From contig CAZUFC010000015.1 of NCBI GenBank assembly GCA_964619725.1, positions 8,963-72,962 on the forward strand: 64,000 nt of DNA, in the 5' to 3' direction. The position numbers and the translations under genes were made by a program. The notes beneath the pieces were generated by a model. The model saw only the letters and a list, made by a program, of their open reading frames with translations. It did no database searches and was not told the origin of the DNA. This DNA comes from an uncultured bacterium (GTDB lineage Bacteria > CSSED10-310 > CAZUFC01). This document shows, one piece after another, positions 54,601 to 63,926 of this stretch; the first letter of the stretch is position 1, and every line of letters begins with the position of its first letter.

Positions 54601-54719
54601 AGCTCAGTATTTGACAATCCGGCAGGATAATGTCAAGTTTATCAAGCAGTTATTGAGTAGGATCGAAGATTGCCGAAATGAAAAATAAAACGCAAAAAAG
54701 TAAAACGGGAGGGATTGGG

Positions 54720-56603
54720 ATGAGGTTATATGTAATTATTTCAATAGTCTTGATTTTTCTTGCATGCCATTTCAGTGGCGCAACAGCGGCGGAAAAATGG
54801 GCCGTAATCATCGGAATCGAAGACTACCGGGATTCCGATATCATACCGATGACAGGGGCGGCCTCCGATGCTGCAGCGATTTCCCGCTCCTTGATCGAAT
54901 CGGCTGGATTTTCTCCCTCAAATGTTTACTTGCTCACCTCAACTATGGGAAAAAAAGGTGAAACCCCCAAACCTGACGTGGAGAATATCCTCAGAACGCT
55001 GGCGGAAGTCTCCTTAAAGTCGTCTCCTGATGACGTTTTCTTCTTCTTTTTCGCCGGTCATGGAATAACGCAAGATGAAGAAGGTTTTCTGTTGACATAT
55101 GAGACGGTTCTCAGCGATCCCTCAGAATTGATGATGACGTCTCTTTCTGCGGAAGATTTGCGGAGGGAACTTCAACGCATAAGAGCGGCAAAAGCGCTTT
55201 TGTTATTTGATGTGAATCGTTCGGGACCTCTGAAAAAAGACTCTGCGAAATCGAATTTACTGACCAAGGCATTTGCCGATCCGCTGCATATAGACTTGGA
55301 AACTGGCGGAGGCGGTAATCTTCAAATCAGCGCTTCGATTTTTTCCTGCTCGCCGGGCCAGAGGTCTTATGCATGGAAAAGTAAAAAACGGGGGATTTTC
55401 GGAATTGCCGTTCAGGAAGCCTTATCCGGCAAAGCAGCGGATAATGAAGGCCGGATGACTCTGGCTCGATTCCATTCATATCTGAAAGAACGTATCGCAA
55501 ACCTGTATGCCAAGCACATTCGTGCCGCAATCGATCAATCTCCCTGGATCAGAATGGAAGGCGCAGGCGCACGCGATTGGACGATAGCGACATTCAAAGA
55601 AAGGGATGAAAGCGCCGGCGCTTCAGTCGCTGAAGGGAGCTTACCCAGCGAAATGAACGCCGCCGAACCGGAAATGGAATCCGGAAAATGGTATAAAAAA
55701 TGGTATACGTGGGCTATTGCTGCCGGTGTTGTGGGAGGCGGAATAGCTCTCGCATCTCAGGGCGGAGACGAAAACGGCGGCAACGGCGAGGATGAAGGTT
55801 ACGGCTGGGGAGATGTGGTGGATGATATACCGGCGCCCGGAGGTTTTCCGGGAGGGCTGGGCTGGGACGGCTCATTCTTCTGGATTACCGACGTTTACGA
55901 TGGAAAAATCTACAAGTTAAACGCTGACGGCGGAGTCGTCGATTTCATGTATTCCGATTACTTCCTGCCCACCGGACTGACATGCGTCGGCAACTTCCTC
56001 TGGGTCGCCGACTGGTACAGCCTTACGATCCTTAAAATCAATAAAAATACCGCTGAAATCGCAGCCGTCATATCCTCTCCCGGTCCTGATCCGTTCGGAC
56101 TGGCCTGGGACGGCTCCTACCTCTGGAATGCCGATACTACAGACCATAAAATCTATAAAATGAATACAAGCGGCGGTATAGTTTCCATTATTGATGCCCC
56201 GGCAGCCTTTCCCATGGGTCTTAGCTGGGACGGACAGCATCTGTGGTGTGTTTCAGACGATATGGGCAAAGTCTACAAAATGCACACCAGCGGCGAGGTC
56301 ATTGATTATTTTGAAGCTCCGGGAAACGGCCCCACCGGCCTGACCATCGACGGTTCCTACGCGTGGCTGGCCGACAGTTTCGACTTCAAAATTTATAAAA
56401 TCTATATCGGAATCGGAAATTCAAGCGCTGACATTCGTTCCAACCTGTTCTCGGATCTACAAATCAATCATGGCATCCGCTTTTATTCTCCTCGCCTGCT
56501 GAAACCTGTGATAAATTTCTCTCCCTTAACAGGCGCTTCGGAAAAACAAAAAACAGGAAATTTGAAGCTGAATCATTTTGATTCATTACCTTCGGAACGC
56601 TGA
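54720..56603 (+). CDS. Exported caspase-like (C14) domain lacking the catalytic Cys, then a hydrophobic segment and a beta-propeller repeat domain
   Basis: Signal peptide; KWAVIIGI.DY, A.SDA, FFFAGHG, LLFDVNRS (canonical DAC[R/H]S); WYKKWYTWAIAAGVVGGGIALA; repeats P.GL.WDG..LW..D....IYK. Start placed at ATG 54720 after GGAGG. Confidence 0.8.
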   Translation: MRLYVIISIVLIFLACHFSGATAAEKWAVIIGIEDYRDSDIIPMTGAASDAAAISRSLIESAGFSPSNVYLLTSTMGKKGETPKPDVENILRTLAEVSLKSSPDDVFFFFFAGHGITQDEEGFLLTYETVLSDPSELMMTSLSAEDLRRELQRIRAAKALLLFDVNRSGPLKKDSAKSNLLTKAFADPLHIDLETGGGGNLQISASIFSCSPGQRSYAWKSKKRGIFGIAVQEALSGKAADNEGRMTLARFHSYLKERIANLYAKHIRAAIDQSPWIRMEGAGARDWTIATFKERDESAGASVAEGSLPSEMNAAEPEMESGKWYKKWYTWAIAAGVVGGGIALASQGGDENGGNGEDEGYGWGDVVDDIPAPGGFPGGLGWDGSFFWITDVYDGKIYKLNADGGVVDFMYSDYFLPTGLTCVGNFLWVADWYSLTILKINKNTAEIAAVISSPGPDPFGLAWDGSYLWNADTTDHKIYKMNTSGGIVSIIDAPAAFPMGLSWDGQHLWCVSDDMGKVYKMHTSGEVIDYFEAPGNGPTGLTIDGSYAWLADSFDFKIYKIYIGIGNSSADIRSNLFSDLQINHGIRFYSPRLLKPVINFSPLTGASEKQKTGNLKLNHFDSLPSER

Positions 56604-56716
56604 AAAGAAACAACGAAATATTGGAACCGAAATTCCGGGACGCCTTGCTGAACGAAGAAATGAACGATATCCGGGGCGATTACTTGGTTGTTGAATTCGG
56701 GTACGGGCTTTAATAC

Positions 56717-56768
56717 AAAGGGACAAAGGGACCTAAAGGACCTAAGGGACCTAAGGGACAGAAGGGAC
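56717..56768. repeat. Intergenic 8-9-bp tandem repeat (6 units of [CT]AAGGGAC)
   Basis: AAAGGGAC AAAGGGAC CTAAAGGAC CTAAGGGAC CTAAGGGAC AGAAGGGAC. Confidence 0.8.
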
Positions 56769-56844
56769 GCCTGGAATATTAAATCATTTGTTTAAATAAA
56801 ACCGGCATTGGAAAATTTACCGTTTCAAAGAAGAAACTGACTTT

Positions 56845-56999
56845 GGGATTGATCATACCGGGGCTGTGCTTCTTTTAAAACTTTTGATAGCTTTTTTGGT
56901 TGATCGGTATCATTATCGAAATCGGGGACGAAATCGAAACAAAATTACGGCATATTCCGTCTAATTGTCACCTCAAAAGACTTATTTTTGATCAATGCC
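56845..56999. repeat. About 155-bp dispersed MITE-like element, copy B
   Basis: GGGATTGATCA / TGATCAATGCC TIR; shares ATCGGTATC, GAAATCGAAAC and CCTCAAAAGAC..ATTTTTGATCAATGCCG with 44383-44543. Confidence 0.68.
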
Positions 57000-57000
57000 G

Positions 57001-59265
57001 CTACTTCTTATCCGCAGCCAGTCGCATACCGTCTGTTCTGTTTCTCTTTTCAGGGTCTTCCCAGTAACGATTGGCCGCTCTCACATACATCTCCAGGTTC
57101 CAGAAGGACCCTCCCCGCAGAACTCTGGCGGTCCCTCGCGCAGGCCCCGTCGGATCGGCGACGTTCCTTTGCGGATACTCGCCGTACCAGTCGTTGCACC
57201 ATTCCCAAACGTTACCCAGCATATCGTAAAATCCCCAGGCATTAGGCTTCTTTAATCCCGCTCTGTGCGTCTTATTGTCCGAATTGCCTCTGTACCACGC
57301 AATCCTGTCTATTTTACCGTATCTTGAATCTCCTGATCCGGCCCTGCAGGCATACTCCCATTCCGCTTCCGTCGGCAGCCTGAATTCATAACCCAATTTC
57401 ATCCTGTTGAGTTTCCGGATAAAATTTTGAGAATCCTCCCAGCTCACAGAATCCACCGGACAGTCAGGACAACCGGCATGCCTGGAAGGCGCATCATTCA
57501 TTACTTCCCCCCATTGCGCCTGGGTTATTTCATATTTTCCCAGAAAAAACGATTTCGTTATCTGGACCCTGTGTCGTTTTTCATTTTCCAGACGATTCGT
57601 TTCATCATCGGGAGAACCCATCCAGAATCTGCCCGGCATGATCCTTATCATGTCTATCATAATCTCGTCAGCAAGCCTTATCCTTAAAGTATTTCTCGTT
57701 TCTTCCGCTGAAGGATACCCGGCCGGCAACGCAACCGGCTCTTTTTTCGTCTCCGGAATTATCTCCGGCGTCTGAGTTTTCGTCGGCGTTCGGGTCGGTG
57801 TTCTTCTTTTGATAACCGCTCTCGTTGGACTGGACGTCGGCGTTGCGGTCAGCATTGCGGTCGGCGCTTTCGTCGCTGTATAAACAGGAATCGCCGTATA
57901 AGCAGAAGCGCTCCGTTCCGTGGGCAATTCAGTTCCATCCGGCATACCGACGACGGGAACGGCTGCGGGAAGTCCGGCTCCGGACTGTTTCTCCGGTCCT
58001 TTATCCAATGAACCTGACTGTGAATTCAAATCGATCCCTGATCCGTTATTTTTCACGGCGGATATTTTTTCTTTGATGACGGGATAAAAGATAATCGCTG
58101 CCACTGATACGATCACCGCAGCGACAATCACTGTAAGTATCCAGGCGATGCCTCTGCCCTGTTTTTTTACCGCTGGAACAGCTTTTTCTATGTTTAAACC
58201 AGGAGTTGCCTGAACAACCGATCTCGATTCCGGCAAACGGCTGCTTTTTTCGACCTCCCGCTCGCCGGCTCCTTCGGGCTTTATTTTCTCCAGAGCGTCA
58301 ATCATCTCCTGTGCAGTCCGAAAACGCTCTTCAGGATTATTCTTCAATGCCTTGACCACCAAATCATCCAAAACTTCAGGAATGTCGCTTCTTATATCGC
58401 CGGGCAATGCAAAAGAACCTCTCGGTTTGCTTCTGGTCAACATCTCATAAAGCATAACGCCGACTGAATAGAGGTCTGAAGACGCAGTAACCGCAGAAGA
58501 ATCCTCAAGTTGTTCCGGCGAAGTATAATCCAAGGTCCCTATAAACCACCCGCTGGTGGTAAGGACCGTCGCATCGGGGACCTTCGCTATGCCGAAGTCC
58601 AGCAGCTTGATCTTGTCTTCCTCTGTGATCATTATGTTTCCGGGTTTGATGTCTCTATGAATCATGAAACGATGAGCGTATTTCAGTATGCGACATAACT
58701 GAAGAGTAAAATCCAGCGCCTTTTCAACAGGAATATTGCCCGGCTGCCCCCTCATCCAGGCGGTTAAATTCTTCCCTTTCACATACTCCATCAGCAGATA
58801 AAATATCTCGTGCTCACGGCCCCCGATTTCCAATTTCATCTTGTCCATGTGAAATGAACGAACTATTCCTTCATGCATCAGCTTCTGGGCCAATTTAGCC
58901 TCTCTCATGAAGCGGCAGAATTCTTCCTTATTCCGCATCGTTCCGGGATTCATCAGTTTTAATGCTTTTATCTCACCGAGCATCTCATCGCGCACCAGAA
59001 AGACCGCACCCATACCTCCTCTGCCGAGCATCTTCAAAACCGCATACCGCCCCGCCAGAATCTCTCCCCCTTTTAATTCGAATATATTCTCAGGCAATTC
59101 AGGAACAGATGCTTTCCTCTTGCGTTCCTCAGAACCCTCAAGTCCCCTTTTATTCGAAGATACCGTCTCCCAGTCGTGCGAAGTATCGTTCAGTTTACTC
59201 CCGCAATTGGAACAATATTTTGAGCCTTCCTGATTTTCGTAACTGCACTCCGGACATGTTTGCAT
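57001..59265 (-). CDS. Zinc-ribbon + Hanks-type Ser/Thr kinase + TM + Pro/Thr linker + FGE-sulfatase (SUMF1/CLec-fold) domain
   Basis: CPEC...CSNCG; GRGGMGAV, ALK, HRDIKPGN, DFGIAK, GT.DY.SPEQ; TM; F.MGS, RLPTEAEWEYACRAG, NAWG.YDMLGNVWEW, RVLRGGS. Start placed at ATG 59265. Confidence 0.92.
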   Translation of the reverse strand: MQTCPECSYENQEGSKYCSNCGSKLNDTSHDWETVSSNKRGLEGSEERKRKASVPELPENIFELKGGEILAGRYAVLKMLGRGGMGAVFLVRDEMLGEIKALKLMNPGTMRNKEEFCRFMREAKLAQKLMHEGIVRSFHMDKMKLEIGGREHEIFYLLMEYVKGKNLTAWMRGQPGNIPVEKALDFTLQLCRILKYAHRFMIHRDIKPGNIMITEEDKIKLLDFGIAKVPDATVLTTSGWFIGTLDYTSPEQLEDSSAVTASSDLYSVGVMLYEMLTRSKPRGSFALPGDIRSDIPEVLDDLVVKALKNNPEERFRTAQEMIDALEKIKPEGAGEREVEKSSRLPESRSVVQATPGLNIEKAVPAVKKQGRGIAWILTVIVAAVIVSVAAIIFYPVIKEKISAVKNNGSGIDLNSQSGSLDKGPEKQSGAGLPAAVPVVGMPDGTELPTERSASAYTAIPVYTATKAPTAMLTATPTSSPTRAVIKRRTPTRTPTKTQTPEIIPETKKEPVALPAGYPSAEETRNTLRIRLADEIMIDMIRIMPGRFWMGSPDDETNRLENEKRHRVQITKSFFLGKYEITQAQWGEVMNDAPSRHAGCPDCPVDSVSWEDSQNFIRKLNRMKLGYEFRLPTEAEWEYACRAGSGDSRYGKIDRIAWYRGNSDNKTHRAGLKKPNAWGFYDMLGNVWEWCNDWYGEYPQRNVADPTGPARGTARVLRGGSFWNLEMYVRAANRYWEDPEKRNRTDGMRLAADKK

Positions 59266-59473
59266 AACGCCGCCCCTATGCTCTTTCTCCATTATAAACC
59301 ACGGGAAAACTTACTTCAAACATCCCTTGAACAAGGACTCAAAAAAACAAAATGCTGATTGAAATGAGAACCTTTTTTCTTTATGATCAAAAGTCGAAAT
59401 GATATGGATGCTTATTCAACAGCTCATTTGCCGTTCACAGAAAACCTTTTTAGTTTTGCACAGGAGAAATGTA

Positions 59474-60277
59474 ATGAAAAAAATGATCTTATCGGAAGTT
59501 TTTCTCATCATTCTAATATTATCAATGCCGATTTCTGATTGCATGGGCGGCGCATTGCTTAGCACGGAAATCGGAGAAGAAATCTTTAAGGTGTCCTTGT
59601 ATTATGACTACAGCACGGGAAAAGAATTTGAAGCGGAAGGGGAGAACCTCAGATTCGAGTTCGATTCCCATCGTGTTCTGCTGAGAGGAGAATTCGTTCC
59701 GCACGCCAGATTCAGTGTTTACGGAGAAATAGGAGCAGCTCAACTCACGAATCTGAACCCGTTGAATTATGAATACCATGATATCGAATATGACTGGGGA
59801 CAGGCCCTGGGATTCGGGATCGACGTTAATGCCTTTGAATTGGATGAGATACAATCATCCGTTAAATTTTCGGCCCGCATGCTGTATTTCAAAAACGATG
59901 GAACGCTTGACGTTACAGAAAGATATAATGAAACTGATTATAACGAATTAAGCGAAAGCTACGAGGAAACCTGGAATGAAGTGCAGCTCAGCGCCCTTTT
60001 CTGTTATAATGAAATCGACAATTCGCACATTTACGGCGGCCTGTTTTACAATTTGTTTTCCACACTGGATGAAAAATGGAAAAGAACGGTGAATGAATAC
60101 CGGGATGGAAGCAGTACTGAAATCAAAAGTTCTGGGACTCTCGATTGCGAAGGCCAAAATGATTTCGGAGCATTCGGAGGCGTCTCATATTATTTCGATT
60201 ATCGCTGGGGAGTCAGCGCGGAGCTCCGCCTGTTCGATGAGACTTCATTTGTTGTCGGATGCATATTCCGGATTTAA
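59474..60277 (+). CDS. Putative outer-membrane beta-barrel protein
   Basis: CAGGAG RBS, signal peptide, alternating aromatic/polar strands; ends with a beta-signal-like VGCIFRI. Confidence 0.6.
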   Translation: MKKMILSEVFLIILILSMPISDCMGGALLSTEIGEEIFKVSLYYDYSTGKEFEAEGENLRFEFDSHRVLLRGEFVPHARFSVYGEIGAAQLTNLNPLNYEYHDIEYDWGQALGFGIDVNAFELDEIQSSVKFSARMLYFKNDGTLDVTERYNETDYNELSESYEETWNEVQLSALFCYNEIDNSHIYGGLFYNLFSTLDEKWKRTVNEYRDGSSTEIKSSGTLDCEGQNDFGAFGGVSYYFDYRWGVSAELRLFDETSFVVGCIFRI

Positions 60278-61629
60278 CGGTTCCTCTGGTACGGAGAATC
60301 AGGCACTTCCAGTTCCAGACGTTTTATTTTTCTTCTTAAAGTATTCTTATCTATTCCCAGTTCCCGGGCAGCCGCAGTTCTTTTCCAGTTGTTTCTTTCC
60401 AAAGCATTGTAAACAGCATTGGCTTCAATCTGTTTCAACGTCAGTCCCTGTGCGGGCGGTTTTTGTCTTTCCGCCATTGCCTGGAAGCGATCAGGAAGGT
60501 GCTCCAAACCGATCAGGCCCTCTGAACACAGTATAAAGGCATGCTCAATCGTATTTTCCAATTCACGGATATTGCCGGGCCATTCATACCTCATGAATAC
60601 GCCCATAGCTTTGTCGTCTGTTCCGCTGATCTCCCTGGCTTTTACAGCGTTGAATTGCTTGATGAAATGTTCGACCAGAAGCGGAATGTCCTCTTTTCTC
60701 TCCCTTAAAGGCGGTAAAAATAACTTTACGACGTTTATCCTGTAATAAAGGTCCTCCCTGAACCGGCCCTCACTGATTTCTTTCGTCAGTTCATGATTCG
60801 TGGCGGTTATTATCCTGACGTCCGCCTTTACGGTTTCGATGCCGCCCAGAGGCTCATACGTCTTTTCCTGGAGGACCCTTAGCAGTCTAACCTGTAAAGC
60901 TGGAGAAACATCGCCTATCTCATCGAGAAAAAGAGTTCCTTTTTCAGCCAGGGCGAACCTTCCCGGTTTATCCTTGCCTGCGCCCGTAAAAGCCCCTTTT
61001 TTGTACCCGAACAACTCCGATTCAAGCAGAGTATCCGGCAAAGCGCCGCTGTTTACCGTGATGAACGGCTTCCCTTTTCTGGGACTCAATTCGTGAATGG
61101 CCCTGGCCACCAGTTCTTTTCCGGTGCCCGGAGCGCCCTCAATCAGCACATTGCTTTCGGATTCAGCGACCTGGGGCAGAATCTCAAATATTTTCTGCAT
61201 TTTGTGATTGCGGCTGATTATATCCTGAAAAGAGTGGCGTTCTCTTAATTTTTTCCTCAACTCTTCAACGATGCTGAGGTCTCGAAAGGTTTCCACTCCC
61301 CCGATGACATTGCCCTTTTTATCCTTTAACAAAGCGGAACTGACGCTTATAGGGATGCGTCTTCCGTCGGATCGCAGTATATTGACGGGCTGATTAACAA
61401 TGCTCTTGCCGGTTTTCATGGTATGTCCGAGTACGCATGCCGTTTCGCAGACATTCGTACGAAAAACCTCCCAGCAAGGCTTTCCGAGCGCTTCTTCTCG
61501 AGGAACGCCGGTAATGGATTCAGCGGCGCGATTGAATGACGTTATCCTCCAGTTGCGGTCGACTGTGAAAACGCCGTCCGCAATGCTGTCGAAAATAATA
61601 TCCGCGTATTCTTTCGAAGAAGTCGGCAT
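60274..61629 (-). CDS. PAS-domain sigma54 enhancer-binding protein (OrpR-like)
   Basis: IFDSIADGVFTVD...FNRAAE.ITG, Cys-rich PAS (PC.EVF....CETAC), ELFGYKKGAFTGA, WPGNIREL, Fis HTH AARELGI. Confidence 0.9.
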   Translation of the reverse strand: MPTSSKEYADIIFDSIADGVFTVDRNWRITSFNRAAESITGVPREEALGKPCWEVFRTNVCETACVLGHTMKTGKSIVNQPVNILRSDGRRIPISVSSALLKDKKGNVIGGVETFRDLSIVEELRKKLRERHSFQDIISRNHKMQKIFEILPQVAESESNVLIEGAPGTGKELVARAIHELSPRKGKPFITVNSGALPDTLLESELFGYKKGAFTGAGKDKPGRFALAEKGTLFLDEIGDVSPALQVRLLRVLQEKTYEPLGGIETVKADVRIITATNHELTKEISEGRFREDLYYRINVVKLFLPPLRERKEDIPLLVEHFIKQFNAVKAREISGTDDKAMGVFMRYEWPGNIRELENTIEHAFILCSEGLIGLEHLPDRFQAMAERQKPPAQGLTLKQIEANAVYNALERNNWKRTAAARELGIDKNTLRRKIKRLELEVPDSPYQRNR

Positions 61630-61758
61630 CAGTCTTCTACGTCCATTTTAAATTCCGTATTGGGTTTGAGCGTACAACAGGCGGTTCAGCCGTTGAATCG
61701 ACATGCAGATATAGCGGCAGTAACGACAGGAGCAAAATCTTTCAGTTTACCGGCAACG

Positions 61759-63030
61759 TCAGTGATCGCAGATATTTTCACCGGTCTGCAATTGACCATG
61801 CATGTAATCGTGAGCTATTTTATCGGGTTCGAGAGAAGGAGCTCCGATTACAACATCTATGTTGTTTTGTTCGAACAACTGCTGAGCTCTTCGCCCCATA
61901 CCGCTTGCTATTATGACCTGAGCGCCCTTTTCTTTCAGCCAGGTGGGCAACAAACCGGGCTGATGAGGAGGCGCCGGCACGATTTGAGTCTCCAGTATTT
62001 CCTTGTTTTGCATATCAAGGTCCATCAGCGCGAAATTTTCGCAATGACCGAAATGCAAACTCAAACATCCCTCGGCTAACGGCACGGCAATTCTCATCTT
62101 TCCTGTTTCCTCCTTTTTTTCTACCGGAACGCTTTCCCCCGGTGCGTCCTCTCTTTCACTCTTTTCGCCGGTTATTTTTTTCACGACATTCCTGAACGCT
62201 TGCGCTGCGGGAGAATCTTCGGCCTTATCCATAAAGGACTTTCCCTGATCGGAATATTGTACGATTGTCGGCTCCAACGGAATTCTGCCTAAAAAACGCT
62301 CATTCATTTCTTTCGCCATGCTCTCTCCGCCGCCTGTCTTGAATATTTCAACAGAATTGCCGCAATGAGGACAAATAAACCCACTCATGTTTTCCAGCAC
62401 GCCCAGTATCTTTACGTTGACTTTCCGGCAAAAATTTATGCAGCGGCGAACGTCGCTGATCGACAAATCCTGCGGAGTCGTTACGATTACAGCGCCGGCT
62501 CCGGCGCCTATCAAATGTGCGATTGAAAGCGGTTCATCCCCTGTCCCCGGAGGAGAATCTACTATCAGATAATCCAGGTCGCCCCATTCCACATCCTTGA
62601 GAAACTGATTGATGACGCCGTGCTTCATGGGCCCGCGCCATATCACTGCGTCATCCCGGTTCTGCAGCAGAAAACCGATGGACATCACTTTCAGGTTTTC
62701 CTTTAGCCGAATAGGCTGAATGGCAGAATCGATAACTTCGGGTTTCTTGCCTTCCAAACCCATTATCTTCGGAAGACTCGGACCATGCACATCTATATCC
62801 AGCAACCCCACGTTCTTTCCCGCTTCAGCCAAAGCCGCCGCAAGGTTCGCAGCAACCGTGCTCTTTCCTACGCCGCCCTTCCCGGATAACACTAATATTT
62901 TATTTTGAATTCGCGACAGTCTGTCCTGAAGCTTCTTCATTTCCAATGCCTGCTTTTCCTGGGCATCCTGCTTCTCTCCTCCTGAATCCGCTCCTACCTG
63001 TTTATTGCTGATTTCTCCTTTTTCGTTCAT
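61759..63030 (-). CDS. Mrp/NBP35 (ApbC) Fe-S carrier ATPase fused to a NifB/NifX-like domain (MrpORP-like)
   Basis: SGKGGVGKST, DIDVHGPS, VIWRGP, DSPPGTGDE, ENMSGFICPHC; C-terminal RIAVP.....SLHFGHC...PPHQPG...GMG.RA...ICDH. Start placed at ATG 63030. Confidence 0.9.
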   Translation of the reverse strand: MNEKGEISNKQVGADSGGEKQDAQEKQALEMKKLQDRLSRIQNKILVLSGKGGVGKSTVAANLAAALAEAGKNVGLLDIDVHGPSLPKIMGLEGKKPEVIDSAIQPIRLKENLKVMSIGFLLQNRDDAVIWRGPMKHGVINQFLKDVEWGDLDYLIVDSPPGTGDEPLSIAHLIGAGAGAVIVTTPQDLSISDVRRCINFCRKVNVKILGVLENMSGFICPHCGNSVEIFKTGGGESMAKEMNERFLGRIPLEPTIVQYSDQGKSFMDKAEDSPAAQAFRNVVKKITGEKSEREDAPGESVPVEKKEETGKMRIAVPLAEGCLSLHFGHCENFALMDLDMQNKEILETQIVPAPPHQPGLLPTWLKEKGAQVIIASGMGRRAQQLFEQNNIDVVIGAPSLEPDKIAHDYMHGQLQTGENICDH

Positions 63031-63104
63031 TTCTTCTCCTCTTTTCCCGTTAAACAACTCTTGAAATTCTTTTTATCACTTCGTCATTTATACTTAATCT
63101 TCGC

Positions 63105-63872
63105 CTATTTCAGACGAATATTGATCTTTTCGACGTATTTCTTGAAAAACCTCATACCCCCTGCTTCACTTACTATTTGAAGTATCATGTCCGGCTCCCT
63201 GACGATCACTCCCGATAAACAGGTAACGGGAGTATCGACGAAAGCCTCCGGAAGCATGGGAGTGGAAGCGCCCAGAAGGACGATCTCCCGGCAGTTTTTC
63301 GCGGCGTTTAATAATTGGGTCAGTGTCCCGTTCATGATGGAGGTTGAAGTAATAAGAGCCGCAGAACATTCCGGCAGATTCTGGAGAGCATCCTCTGCAG
63401 GAGAAATTCCGGGTCCTCTGGCAGCGTTCTGATCGAAAATGAACAAAGATTCGACCCTTTGTTTGATCGCTTGCACCAGAGGTCCGAAGAATCCGACCAT
63501 GCCTACTCGATCATCCCTTCTTAAACGGATGAAATCAAGGACATCCAGTGAAGCATCCGGTTTCACGCCTGATCGTGTAATAACCGCATTAGCTGCAGCT
63601 AATCCGACAGCAGCCTCAATAGGATCGGCGCTTTTGACGTATGAAAGTAAATCAGCGGCCGATCGGCCGCTTAAAGGTCTTTTCCCGTGAAAAAGAGTGC
63701 ATTCTCCATTGCAATGCTGATGGAAAGTAAAGGCTACTCCCGTCGAACCGTCGTCGAGTTTTACTGCAGTATATCCCAATCCTGCTCTGACCTCTACGGC
63801 AGCGTATTCCCGGGCCCTTTCTTTCAATAATGATTCCAGTCTTTCATTCGAATCGATTAAAACCTTTTCCAT
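63105..63872 (-). CDS. DUF364/Rossmann-like putative metal-chelation protein
   Basis: GLGYTAV.LDDG..GVA, AVGLAAANA, VGMVGFF.P, ITSTSI.NGT, LGASTP, LSG. Confidence 0.8.
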   Translation of the reverse strand: MEKVLIDSNERLESLLKERAREYAAVEVRAGLGYTAVKLDDGSTGVAFTFHQHCNGECTLFHGKRPLSGRSAADLLSYVKSADPIEAAVGLAAANAVITRSGVKPDASLDVLDFIRLRRDDRVGMVGFFGPLVQAIKQRVESLFIFDQNAARGPGISPAEDALQNLPECSAALITSTSIMNGTLTQLLNAAKNCREIVLLGASTPMLPEAFVDTPVTCLSGVIVREPDMILQIVSEAGGMRFFKKYVEKINIRLK

Positions 63873-63910
63873 GCTTTACCTTTTCGCTTGAAACAGATTC
63901 GGCATCACAA

Positions 63911-63926
63911 ATCAAGTCGCTCGCCA
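63911..63926 (-). promoter_or_regulatory. Possible sigma54 promoter for DUF364-mrp
   Basis: Minus strand TGGCGAGCGACTTGAT: good -24 box and correct spacing, but GA instead of GC at -12. Confidence 0.25.

Noticed and set aside
57001-57130. FGE-sulfatase C-terminus as a diversity-generating retroelement variable region
   Set aside because: No template repeat, reverse transcriptase or Avd in the window, and the would-be variable codons (TGG, GAA, AAG, AGA, ACA) do not show the NNC/NNT pattern expected from AAC/AAT templates.
595-63690. Numerous antisense or overlapping ORFs in the six-frame track
   Set aside because: They shadow well-supported genes on the opposite strand or in another frame and lack motifs.
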